Positions 8,738 through 17,351 of a DNA stretch of 27,159 nt are shown piece after piece. The position numbers and the translations under genes are program-made. Position 1 is the stretch's first letter. Every line of letters begins with the position of its first letter. The stretch is taken from contig JAVKIJ010000040.1 in the NCBI GenBank assembly GCA_031459535.1, positions 1-27,159 of the forward strand. The letters are read 5' to 3'. The DNA is from Candidatus Fervidifonticultor quintus. Its GTDB lineage: Bacteria; Sysuimicrobiota; Sysuimicrobiia; Sysuimicrobiales; Humicultoraceae. The notes beneath the pieces are model-generated. The model was not told the origin of the DNA and made no database searches. It saw only the letters and a program-made list of their open reading frames with translations.

Positions 8738-9241
8738 GTGGCCACCCAGAAGCTCGTGCTGGCGGCGGTCTTCGCGGCGCTGCCCGTGGTCCTCTCGTTC
8801 TTCCCCGGCGCGATTCCCGCAGCCGGTGCCAAGTTGCTGCCGTGGCAGCACATGACCAACGTGATCGCCGGCGTTACCCTCGGCCCCTGGTATGCCGCGT
8901 TGTCGGCCGCGGCGGCGGCGTTGCTGCGCAACTACTTCGGGGTCGGCACCCTGCTGGCATTCCCAGGGGGCATTCCCGGCGCGCTGGTCGTGGGCTTCGC
9001 GCACATGGTCTGGCGGCGGCCCTGGGTGGGGCTGCTGGAGCCCCTGGGCACCGGCCCGGTGGGTGCTACCGTGGGGGCTCTCCTGGTGGCACCGGCGCTG
9101 ATGGGCAAGGCGATTCCGCTGGGCACGCTGCTGCCCGCCTTCCTCGCCAGCAGCGTGCCGGGAGCCATCCTCGGCGTGCTGGTGCTGCGGGCCCTGGCGC
9201 GCGCTGGCGTCGTTGGCGCCGGGCAGGCCTCGCACTCGTGA
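8738..9241 (+). CDS. thiW: ECF transporter S-component ThiW (thiazole precursor)
   Basis: PWQHMTNVIAGVTLGPWY, LRNYFGVGTLLAFPGGIPGA, EPLGTG, FLASS; GGAGGTG RBS; adjacent to thiM. Confidence 0.88.
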   Translation: MATQKLVLAAVFAALPVVLSFFPGAIPAAGAKLLPWQHMTNVIAGVTLGPWYAALSAAAAALLRNYFGVGTLLAFPGGIPGALVVGFAHMVWRRPWVGLLEPLGTGPVGATVGALLVAPALMGKAIPLGTLLPAFLASSVPGAILGVLVLRALARAGVVGAGQASHS

Positions 9242-10095
9242 CCGTCGGCGGGGGCAGCTCGGATCAGGCCGGTGCCCGGGCTCTAGCCGCAGGGGTCGCA
9301 GAACAGGTACCGGCCCTGCTCGCTGCCGTCCGCTCCCGGCGGCCGCTGGTTCACATCTTCGCGAACTTCGTCACGATGCAGGACGTCGCCAGGGCCACCC
9401 GCGCCGTCGGCGCGCTGCCGGTGATGGCGCTGGCCGGCCCAGACGCCGAGGAGATCGCCGAGCAGGCCGACGCGCTGGTGCTGAGCCTGGGCACCCCGAC
9501 AGCTGATAGGCTGGACGCGATGCACGCTGCCGGTCGGCGGGCCGCGGCGCGGGCGGTGCCCATCGTGCTCGACCCCGTGGGGGCAGGCGCCACGACCTTT
9601 CGCACGACCGCCGCGCGCGGACTGCTGGCGCATCTGCCTGTGGCGGTGATCCGTGCCAATCGCGGTGAGGCCGCCGCGCTGCTGGGCCAGGCGGGACGGG
9701 TGCGTGGAGTGGAGTCCGTCGCCCCGGAACCCAACGCCGCAGCCACCCTGGCGTCGCGGCTGGCAGCCGCGTATGGCGGGGTCGCCGCGGTCACCGGACC
9801 CAGTGACGCGGTCGCCGATCCCAAGCGGGCGGTGATCATCGAGCATGGTCATCCGTGGTTGGCCGCCGTCTCCGGAGCCGGCTGCATGGTCACCGCGCTG
9901 GTTGGTGCCTTCTGCGCCGTGGGCGGCGACCGCCTGGCCGCTGCGGCGGCCGCGCTGGTCTGTTTCGGTGTGGCCGCCGAGATCGCAGCCAGGCGGGCTG
10001 CGGGTCCGGGCACGCTGGTCCCCGCCCTCCTGGACGCGTTGTACCACTTGGATGTGGAGAGGACGCGGCATCCACTCCGCGTCAAGGAGCCCTGA
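9238..10095 (+). CDS. thiM: Hydroxyethylthiazole kinase
   Basis: PLVH..NFV, GALPVMA, LGT, VLDPVGAGATTFR, IRAN..E, TGPSD, SGAGC, GPGT..ALLDALY. GTG 9238 overlaps the thiW stop (GTGA); exact start uncertain. Confidence 0.88.
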   Translation: MTVGGGSSDQAGARALAAGVAEQVPALLAAVRSRRPLVHIFANFVTMQDVARATRAVGALPVMALAGPDAEEIAEQADALVLSLGTPTADRLDAMHAAGRRAAARAVPIVLDPVGAGATTFRTTAARGLLAHLPVAVIRANRGEAAALLGQAGRVRGVESVAPEPNAAATLASRLAAAYGGVAAVTGPSDAVADPKRAVIIEHGHPWLAAVSGAGCMVTALVGAFCAVGGDRLAAAAAALVCFGVAAEIAARRAAGPGTLVPALLDALYHLDVERTRHPLRVKEP

Positions 10096-10727
10096 TGCGA
10101 TTCGACCTGAGCCTGTATGTGATCACAGATCGCACCCTCGCCCGGGGCCGGCCGTTGGAGGACATCGTGGCCGCTGCCATTCGGGGCGGCGCCACCATGG
10201 TCCAGTTGCGGGAGAAGGAACAGCCGGCCCGGCAGATCGTGGAGATGGGCCGCCGGCTCCTGGCGATCACCAGGCCGGCGGGCGTGCCTCTCATCGTCAA
10301 CGACCGGGTCGATGTGGCGATGGCCATAGATGCCGACGGCGTGCACGTCGGGCAAGACGACCTGCCGGTGGCTGATGCGCGCCGGCTGATGGGCCCCGAG
10401 CGGATCGTCGGCGCGTCGGCCGGCACGGTCGGGGAGGCGGTGGCGGCCGAAGCCGACGGGGCCGACTACGTGGGTGTGGGGAGCGTCTTCGCCACCACCA
10501 CGAAGCCTGATGCCGGCGAAGCCATCGGCCCCGAGGCCATCGCAGAGATCAAGGCGGCGGTGCGCATCCCCATTGTCGCCATTGGCGGCATCAGTGCGGC
10601 TAATGCGGCCGAGGTCATCCATGCCGGGGCCCAGGGCGTCGCCGTGGTCTCGGCACTGATGGGCGCAGACGACGTGAGGGAGGCCGCCCGGCGGCTGGCG
10701 GAGGTCGTGCGTGCCGCCCGGCGGTAG
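10095..10727 (+). CDS. thiE: Thiamine-phosphate synthase
   Basis: LYVITD, VQLREK, LIVNDRVDVA, DGVHVGQDD, GADYVGVG, TTTKPDA, VAIGGI, GVAVVSA; TGATG coupling to thiM and AAGGAG RBS. Confidence 0.95.
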   Translation: MRFDLSLYVITDRTLARGRPLEDIVAAAIRGGATMVQLREKEQPARQIVEMGRRLLAITRPAGVPLIVNDRVDVAMAIDADGVHVGQDDLPVADARRLMGPERIVGASAGTVGEAVAAEADGADYVGVGSVFATTTKPDAGEAIGPEAIAEIKAAVRIPIVAIGGISAANAAEVIHAGAQGVAVVSALMGADDVREAARRLAEVVRAARR

Positions 10728-11787
10728 CGGTCCAGCCTCGCGGCCAGGTCTGCCGCCGCGCACCGCCGATCTGGGCGAGCTGGCGCTGCTGGCCCGCATC
10801 GCGGCTCGCGTGGGCGCCCAAGACGAGCGCGTCGCCGTCGGGATCGGCGACGATGCGGCGGCGCTGCACCTGGCACCGGGATCGCTGGCGTTGTTCACCG
10901 CCGACGCGCTCGTGGAGGGCGTGCACTTCCAGCGCACGACCAGCGAGCCCGCTGACATCGGCTGGAAGGCCCTGGCCATCAACGCCAGCGACGTCGCGGC
11001 CATGGGCGGACGTCCCAGGCATGCCGTCGTGTCCCTCATGTTGCCCGACGATCTGGAGGTGGCGTGGGTGGACGGGTTCTATGACGGCCTCCTGGAGTAT
11101 GCCGGCCGGTCAGGCATCAGCGTCGTGGGAGGCAATCTCGCTCAGGCGCCACTGGTGATCGTGGACATGGCGTTGTTGGGTGAGGTGGAGCCGCAGCGGC
11201 TGATGCGGCGGGCCGGCGCACGGCCGGGCGATCTGGTCGCGGTGACCGGTGCCCTGGGCGGCGCGGCCGCGGGGCTGGTGGCACTGCGCGAGGGCATGAC
11301 CGACCCGCCCGGCCAGACGCTCATCGCCCGGGCCGTCTACGCGCAGCGCCGTCCAGAGCCGCCGCTGGCCGCCGGTCCCCTGCTCGCCGCCTCGGGCGCC
11401 GTCCACGCCATGATCGATCTCTCCGACGGGCTCGCCATTGACCTGTGGCGCGTCTGCGAGGCGAGCGGCGTGGGGGTGCGGATCGAGGCCGAGCGCCTGC
11501 CCGTGGATCCGGCTGCGGCGGCGGTGGCGGCAGCGGCGCAATGCAGCGCTCTGGAGATGGCCCTCTCGGGCGGCGAGGACTACGAACTGCTCTTTGCGGT
11601 GGCGCCCTCCGATGCCGGATCGGTGCTGGACCGCCTCGTCGCCGAGACCGGTCGCCCCGCGGCGGTGATCGGGGAGTTCACACCGGCGTCGGCTGGCCGC
11701 CGGGTCGTCGGGGACGGGGGGCCACGGCCGCTGACACCCAGCGGCTGGACGCACTTTCGGGTTCATGTTGACCCGCACGGGGAGTGA
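10711..11787 (+). CDS. thiL: Thiamine-monophosphate kinase
   Basis: GELALL, GIGDDAA, DALVEGVHF, GWKALAINASDVAAMGG, GGN, RAGARPGD, AMIDLSDGL, GGEDYELLF, GWTHF. Confidence 0.93.
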   Translation: MPPGGSGPASRPGLPPRTADLGELALLARIAARVGAQDERVAVGIGDDAAALHLAPGSLALFTADALVEGVHFQRTTSEPADIGWKALAINASDVAAMGGRPRHAVVSLMLPDDLEVAWVDGFYDGLLEYAGRSGISVVGGNLAQAPLVIVDMALLGEVEPQRLMRRAGARPGDLVAVTGALGGAAAGLVALREGMTDPPGQTLIARAVYAQRRPEPPLAAGPLLAASGAVHAMIDLSDGLAIDLWRVCEASGVGVRIEAERLPVDPAAAAVAAAAQCSALEMALSGGEDYELLFAVAPSDAGSVLDRLVAETGRPAAVIGEFTPASAGRRVVGDGGPRPLTPSGWTHFRVHVDPHGE

Positions 11788-11793
11788 GGCCGC

Positions 11794-12591
11794 ATGACCG
11801 TGGTCAGGGCCATGACCATCGCCGGGTCTGACTCCGGCGGAGGAGCCGGCATCCAGGCAGACCTCAAGACGTTCGCGGTGCTCGGCGTGTTCGGCACCTC
11901 GGCCGTCACGGCGCTGACTGCGCAGAACACCACCGGGGTCACTGGCGTCGTCGAGATCGCGCCCGAGTTCGTGGTCCAACAGATCGACGCCATCATGGCC
12001 GACATCGGCGCGGACGCCGCCAAGACCGGCATGCTGGCCAATGCGGGCATCATCGAGGCCGTGGCCGCCTCGGTCCAGCGCTGGAGCCTCGCCAAGCTGG
12101 TCGTGGACCCGGTCATGATCGCCAAGAGCGGCGCCCCGTTACTGCGGCCTGATGCGATCCACGCGCTGCGCACAGTGCTGCTGCCGGCAGCGATGGTCGT
12201 GACCCCCAACCTGCACGAGGCCGGCGCGCTGGTGGGGCGTCCGGTCCGCACCCAAGCGGAGATGCGCGAGGCCGCCCGCGCGATCTGGGCCATGGGGCCA
12301 CGCTACGTGGTGGTCAAGGGCGGCCACCTGGACGACACCGATCGCGCCGTGGACCTCCTGTTCGACGGCGAGGCCTTCCAGGAGTTCTCGGCACCGCGTG
12401 CGGCCGCCCGGCACACACACGGCACCGGATGTGTCTTCTCCGCGGCGATCGCCGCGGAACTGGCGAAGGGCCGCACGGTCCCCGAGGCGGTCGGCCGGGC
12501 GAGGGCCGTCATCACCGCCGGGATCGCGGCTGGGCTGCCCATTGGCCGGGGCGTAGGCCCCGTGGACCCGACCGCGATCTTGCGACGCTAG
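11794..12591 (+). CDS. thiD: Hydroxymethylpyrimidine/phosphomethylpyrimidine kinase
   Basis: TIAGSDSGGGAGIQADLKTF, TALTAQNT, KTGML, VVDPVM, TPNLHEA, VKGGH, HTHGTGC. Confidence 0.95.
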   Translation: MTVVRAMTIAGSDSGGGAGIQADLKTFAVLGVFGTSAVTALTAQNTTGVTGVVEIAPEFVVQQIDAIMADIGADAAKTGMLANAGIIEAVAASVQRWSLAKLVVDPVMIAKSGAPLLRPDAIHALRTVLLPAAMVVTPNLHEAGALVGRPVRTQAEMREAARAIWAMGPRYVVVKGGHLDDTDRAVDLLFDGEAFQEFSAPRAAARHTHGTGCVFSAAIAAELAKGRTVPEAVGRARAVITAGIAAGLPIGRGVGPVDPTAILRR

Positions 12592-12611
12592 GGCGCCCGG
12601 GCCTCCAATCG

Positions 12612-13940
12612 CTATGCGCTCGCCGCGGCCAGCGCCTCTTCGAGGATTCCCAGCCCCGCCTCCAGATCCACGTCGCTGATGGTTAGCGGCGGGAGCAGCC
12701 GGACCACGTTGTCGAAGACGCCCGCCCGCAGGATGACCAGGCCCCGCTCGTAGCACTCTCGGATGACCCGGGAGGTCTCTTCCCTTGCGGGTGCCTTGGT
12801 GCGCCGGTCGGTCACCAGCTCGATGGCATTCATGGCCCCAAGACCCCTGGCCTCCCCCACCAGGGCGAAACGCCCGGCCATCTGCTGGAGCCGGGTGCGC
12901 ACGACCTCGCCGATCCGGGCCGCCCGCTCCAGAAACGCCGGGGTGGCAATCATATCAATGGCGGCCAGCGAGGCGGCGCAGCTCACCGGATTTCCGCCGA
13001 ACGTGCCGCCCAGGCCGCCCGCTGAGGGCGCGTCCATGACCTCGGCGCGGCCCACCACGGCCGCGAGCGGCAGCCCGGCCGCCAGCGACTTGGAGAGGAC
13101 GATCAAGTCCGGTGCGACCCCCGCGTGCTCGACGGCAAACAGCCTGCCGGTGCGGCCGAAGCCGGTCTGGATTTCGTCGGCGATCAGCAGGATGCCCCGT
13201 TGCCGGCAGATCTCCGCCACGGTGGGGAGGAACTCGGGCCTGGGCACCACGAACCCGCCCTCGCCCGCCACCGGCTCCACGATGACCGCGGCCACGTCGT
13301 CGGCGTCCACGTGCGTGCGTAGGAACGTCTCTAGGGCCCGTCCGGTGCACAGCTCGCACGCGGCGGGCTCTCCGCCAGCCGGGCACCGATACGGGTAGGA
13401 GTAGGGGGCCCGGTAGACCTCCGGTGCGAAGGGCCCGAAGCCGAACTTGTACGGCCTGACCTTACTGGTCAGGGTCATGCCCATCATCGTCCGGCCATGG
13501 AACGCGTACTCGAAGCAGACGATCGCACGCCGCCCGGTGGCCGCCCGCGCGATCTTCACGGCGTTCTCCACGGCCTCGGCCCCGCTGTTGACCAGCAAGG
13601 CCTTCTTGGCATGCCCACCCGGTGTGATGGCGACCAGGCGCTCGGCCAGCCGAACGTACGGTTCGTACATCGCCACGTGGAAACAGGTGTGCAGGAACCG
13701 ATCCAGTTGTCCCTGCACGGCGTCCACCACAGCCTTTGGGCGGTGACCGGCGTTGATCACCCCGATGCCCGCGGCAAAGTCAATGAACTCATTGCCGTCC
13801 ACGTCCCACAGCCGGGCGCCTTCGGCGCGCTGCACGAATACCGGCACCGTGGTGGCCACCCCGCGCGGGACGTACTGCTCGCGCAGCTTCAACAGCTCCC
13901 GAGACTGCGCACCGGGGATGGCAGACATCGTACGGGGCAT
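12612..13940 (-). CDS. gabT: 4-aminobutyrate--2-oxoglutarate transaminase (class III PLP aminotransferase)
   Basis: WDVDGNEFIDFAAGIGV, HTCF, NSGAEAVENAVKIAR, AFHGRT, YKFGFGPF, EPVAGEGGF, DEIQTGFGRTG, SKSLAAG (PLP Lys), GGTFGGNP; AGGAGG RBS. Confidence 0.9.
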   Translation of the reverse strand: MPRTMSAIPGAQSRELLKLREQYVPRGVATTVPVFVQRAEGARLWDVDGNEFIDFAAGIGVINAGHRPKAVVDAVQGQLDRFLHTCFHVAMYEPYVRLAERLVAITPGGHAKKALLVNSGAEAVENAVKIARAATGRRAIVCFEYAFHGRTMMGMTLTSKVRPYKFGFGPFAPEVYRAPYSYPYRCPAGGEPAACELCTGRALETFLRTHVDADDVAAVIVEPVAGEGGFVVPRPEFLPTVAEICRQRGILLIADEIQTGFGRTGRLFAVEHAGVAPDLIVLSKSLAAGLPLAAVVGRAEVMDAPSAGGLGGTFGGNPVSCAASLAAIDMIATPAFLERAARIGEVVRTRLQQMAGRFALVGEARGLGAMNAIELVTDRRTKAPAREETSRVIRECYERGLVILRAGVFDNVVRLLPPLTISDVDLEAGLGILEEALAAASA

Positions 13941-14008
13941 TGTCCCTCCCTCCTTGAGAATCGTCCCTCGGGCGTCCCGCCGTTTTTCCTGCGCGCCCCT
14001 GGGCGAAT

Positions 14009-14713
14009 CTAGCGGCCGAGATAGGCGCGTTTGACGTGCGGGTGGTCAACGAGGTCGCTGGCCCGTCCTTCCAGCACGATGCGTCCGGTCTCGAGGACAT
14101 AGGCGCGATCGGCGACCTCCAGCGAGAGGTAGGCGTTCTGCTCCACCAGGAGGATGGTGCGCTGCTGGCGGTGGAGCCGCACGACCACATCGAAGACCGC
14201 ATCCACAACCTTGGGCGCCAGGCCCAGCGATGGCTCATCCAGCAGGAGGAGCTTGGGGTCCGACATGAGCGCCCGCCCGATGGCCAGCATCTGCTGCTCA
14301 CCGCCCGACAGGGTTCCGCCCAACTGCCGCCGCCGCTCGGCCAGGATCGGGAAGAGATCGAACACGGCCTGCAGGTTGGACGCGATCCGGGTGCGGTCGG
14401 GGACGGTCAGCGCGCCCATGTGCAGATTCTCCGCGACGCTCAGGTTCGGAAAGATGCGCCGGCCTTCGGGGACGTGGGCGATGCCGAGCCGCGCGATCTC
14501 GTGGGGCTCCATGCGTTCGATGCGCGTGCCCTCGAAGGAGATACTGCCGTCCACCGGGTGGACGATCCCGGAGATCGCCCGCAGCACCGTGGTCTTCCCG
14601 GCCCCGTTGGACCCGATGATGGAGACGATCTCTCCCTTCTGCACCGTCAAGGAGGCCTCCCGAATGGCCGGGACCAAGTCGTAGGTGACGGTGACCGTCC
14701 TAACGTCGAGCAC
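14009..14713 (-). CDS. livF: Branched-chain amino acid-type ABC transporter ATP-binding protein (LivF-like)
   Basis: GSNGAGKTT, VPEGRRIF, LSGGEQQMLAIGRALM, LLLDEPSLGLAP, LVEQN. Confidence 0.92.
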   Translation of the reverse strand: MLDVRTVTVTYDLVPAIREASLTVQKGEIVSIIGSNGAGKTTVLRAISGIVHPVDGSISFEGTRIERMEPHEIARLGIAHVPEGRRIFPNLSVAENLHMGALTVPDRTRIASNLQAVFDLFPILAERRRQLGGTLSGGEQQMLAIGRALMSDPKLLLLDEPSLGLAPKVVDAVFDVVVRLHRQQRTILLVEQNAYLSLEVADRAYVLETGRIVLEGRASDLVDHPHVKRAYLGR

Positions 14714-15422
14714 GATGCCGCTCTCCCAGGTACGCCCGGATCACCGCCTCATTGCTGACGATGCGGTCCGGGCGGTCCTCGGCGATCTTCCTCCCAGAAT
14801 CGAGCACCACGATGTGCTCGCACAGGGAGAGGATCGCATCCATGACGTGTTCGACCACCATGACCGTGACGCCCCGATCGCGGATGGCCCGGACCAATGC
14901 CACCGCGGCCTGGACCTCGGCGGGATTGAGCCCGGCCATGACCTCGTCGAGCAGCAGCAGGTCGGGCTCCGTGGCCAGGGCCCGCGCCAGCTCCAGCCGT
15001 TTGCGATCCTCCAGGGTCACGCCGCTGACCAGTTCGCTGGCCTTGGGTGCCAGGCCCACGAACTCCAGGATCTCCTGCGCCTTTCTCCGCGCGGCAGCCA
15101 TGGTCGGCGTGCGGGCGAATGCTCCCACGGCGACATTGTCGAGGACGGTCATCTTGACGAAGGGCGCAGGAATCTGGAATGTCCGGCCGATGCCCAGGCG
15201 GGCGATCCGGTGGGGCCGCAAGCCGGTGATCTCGCGGCCCTTGAAGAGCACCTGGCCGCCGTCGGGCCGAAACACCCCGGTCACCAGGTTGAAGAACGTC
15301 GTCTTTCCGCTGCCGTTGGGCCCGATGAGGCCGACGATGCTGCCCTGCTCCACCGTGAGCGAAAGACGGTCCACGGCGACCACGCCGCCGAACGCTTTGG
15401 TCAGCTCCAGCGTCTGGAGCAC
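14700..15422 (-). CDS. livG: Branched-chain amino acid-type ABC transporter ATP-binding protein (LivG-like)
   Basis: FGGVVAV, GPNGSGKTT, GIGRTFQ, KRLELARALA, LLLDEVMAGL, VEHVM, VIRAYLG. Confidence 0.92.
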   Translation of the reverse strand: MLQTLELTKAFGGVVAVDRLSLTVEQGSIVGLIGPNGSGKTTFFNLVTGVFRPDGGQVLFKGREITGLRPHRIARLGIGRTFQIPAPFVKMTVLDNVAVGAFARTPTMAAARRKAQEILEFVGLAPKASELVSGVTLEDRKRLELARALATEPDLLLLDEVMAGLNPAEVQAAVALVRAIRDRGVTVMVVEHVMDAILSLCEHIVVLDSGRKIAEDRPDRIVSNEAVIRAYLGERHRARR

Positions 15423-15429
15423 GGTGTCC

Positions 15430-16434
15430 TCACCACTTCACCCGGCTGCGAATCCACTGCCAGGCTCCGCGCGGCGCAAGGCGCGGGCCGCCTCCGCCCT
15501 CCAGCAAACCGACGATGCCCCCGGGAATGAAGAGCACGACGGCACAGATCGCCGCGCCGATGATCACCAGGTAGAGAGTTCCCTCGCCCCACACCAGCCA
15601 CAGCAGGCGGTTGACGATCTGCACCAGGAACGCGCCCGCCAGCGGCCCCCAGAAGGTCCCCACGCCGCCCAGGAAGACCATGACCACCATGAGATCGGTG
15701 ATTGTCCCGCCCAGCACACTGTCCGGGTGGATGTAGGTGAGCCAGTAGGCGTACACGCCGCCCAGCACGCCGGGGAAGAAGGCGCTGAGCGCGAACGCGT
15801 TGATCTTGGTGGCCACCGTGTTGACCCCGACCATCTCCGCGGCCTCCTCGTGCTCGCGGATCGCCAGCAGCTTGTAGCCAAACGGCGAGCGCTCCAGCAG
15901 CACGTATGTCACCACATACGTGAGCACGGTCAGCGCCAGCGTGACGTAGTAGAAGTACGGGAGATTCAGCAGGGGCGGCAGCTGCATTCCGAACGCCCCA
16001 CCGGTGATGTCCAGCACCGTGGCCACCTGTCGCAGCATTTCGCCAAACGCCCAGGTCGCGATGGCGAAGTACGCCCCGCGCAGCCTCAACGTGGGGTAGC
16101 CGATGAAGGCCGCCACCAGCGCGGCCAGTACGCCCGAGGCCACGAGGCTGGCGCCGAAGGGCCATGCGTAGACGGTCATGGTGATTCCCGTGAGGTAGGC
16201 GCCCAGCCCGAAGAAGGCGCCGTGGCCGAAGCTCAGGTACCCGGTGTAGCCGCCGATGACGTTCCAGCTCTGGGCGAGCGCCGCCCACATGAGCACCTCG
16301 GTGGCAATGCGGATCCAGAACGACGACACCGTCCAGGGCAGGCTCAAGACCCCGGCGGCTGCCACCGCCACGGGAACCCACCGGACGAACCCGGCGCGCC
16401 ACGCCACCCTGCGCCCCGTCGCCTCCAGCGCCAC
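15430..16434 (-). CDS. livM: Branched-chain amino acid-type ABC transporter permease (LivM-like)
   Basis: SWNVIGGYTGYLSFGHGAFFGLGAY, LRLRGAYFAIAT, AIREHEEAA, GGVGTFWGP. Confidence 0.9.
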   Translation of the reverse strand: MALEATGRRVAWRAGFVRWVPVAVAAAGVLSLPWTVSSFWIRIATEVLMWAALAQSWNVIGGYTGYLSFGHGAFFGLGAYLTGITMTVYAWPFGASLVASGVLAALVAAFIGYPTLRLRGAYFAIATWAFGEMLRQVATVLDITGGAFGMQLPPLLNLPYFYYVTLALTVLTYVVTYVLLERSPFGYKLLAIREHEEAAEMVGVNTVATKINAFALSAFFPGVLGGVYAYWLTYIHPDSVLGGTITDLMVVMVFLGGVGTFWGPLAGAFLVQIVNRLLWLVWGEGTLYLVIIGAAICAVVLFIPGGIVGLLEGGGGPRLAPRGAWQWIRSRVKW

Positions 16435-16435
16435 C

Positions 16436-17308
16436 TCAGAGCCCCTTCCTCAGGATGCCGCGGGGCGCGACCAGCAAGCTGCCGTACATGAGGAGGAACA
16501 GGGCGAAGAGGGTGTAGCGGCCGCTGACGTAGACGGCGACGAACGATTGAATCAGTCCCAGCATCAACCCGGCGACGACCACGCCGGGTACGTAGCCCAT
16601 GCCAGCCAGCACCACCACGAAGAAGGCAAAGAGGACATACTTGGCCCCCATGGCCGCGTGGATGGAAAACAGGGCCCCGATCAGGATCCCGGTCATCCCG
16701 GTGAGACCGGCGTAGAGCGCATAGACCAGGCCGCCCACCCGCCGCACGTCCACGCCCAGCAGCGCGGCGGTGTCGCGGTCCTGCGCCGTCGCCCGGATGG
16801 AGATCCCCACCCTGGTCCCGTAGAGGAACACCATGAAGAGGATGGTCACTGCCACGCCGAAGACGAAGCCGGCGAACCGCAGGGCCGGGACGGTCGTGAC
16901 GCCCAGGGAGACGCTCTGTCCTGACAACCATGTGGTCACCGACCGCACGTGGTAGCCCCACGCGGACAGCGCGCCGCCCTTGGCCAGCGTGGAGAGGCCA
17001 AAGGTGAAGACCAGGCCCATCAGTGCCGGATGGTGCCGCCGGGTGCTGACAGCGCGGTAGATCAGCGGGTAGACCAGCCATCCCGCCGCAAAGAAGATCA
17101 GGAAGATCAGCGGGAGGTACATCATGGGATCGTGCCCGAGGAATCGCACCAGCCAGTAGGCCGCATACGCGCCCAGCATGATCCACTCGCCCACGGCGAA
17201 GTCCACGATGTGCATGACGCCGAAGCACAGGGAGAATCCGACGCCGACGACGATGATGAGGCCGCCGATCAGCGCCCCGTCGATCAGGGTCTGGAGGAAC
17301 AGCTCCAA
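16436..17308 (-). CDS. livH: Branched-chain amino acid-type ABC transporter permease (LivH-like)
   Basis: GFSLCFGVMHIVDFAVGE, IRATAQDRDTAALLGVD, FFVVVLAGMG; TTG start as in the ORF track. Confidence 0.88.
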   Translation of the reverse strand: MELFLQTLIDGALIGGLIIVVGVGFSLCFGVMHIVDFAVGEWIMLGAYAAYWLVRFLGHDPMMYLPLIFLIFFAAGWLVYPLIYRAVSTRRHHPALMGLVFTFGLSTLAKGGALSAWGYHVRSVTTWLSGQSVSLGVTTVPALRFAGFVFGVAVTILFMVFLYGTRVGISIRATAQDRDTAALLGVDVRRVGGLVYALYAGLTGMTGILIGALFSIHAAMGAKYVLFAFFVVVLAGMGYVPGVVVAGLMLGLIQSFVAVYVSGRYTLFALFLLMYGSLLVAPRGILRKGL

Positions 17309-17319
17309 GGCGCGGGCAG

Positions 17320-17346
17320 GCCGGGGCGGGCGGAGCCCGCCCCGGC
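17320..17346 (-). repeat. GC-rich intercistronic stem-loop after the substrate-binding protein gene
   Basis: Perfect 12-bp inverted repeat GCCGGGGCGGGC (17320-17331)/GCCCGCCCCGGC (17335-17346); no U-tract. Confidence 0.65.
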
Positions 17347-17351
17347 AGGCT

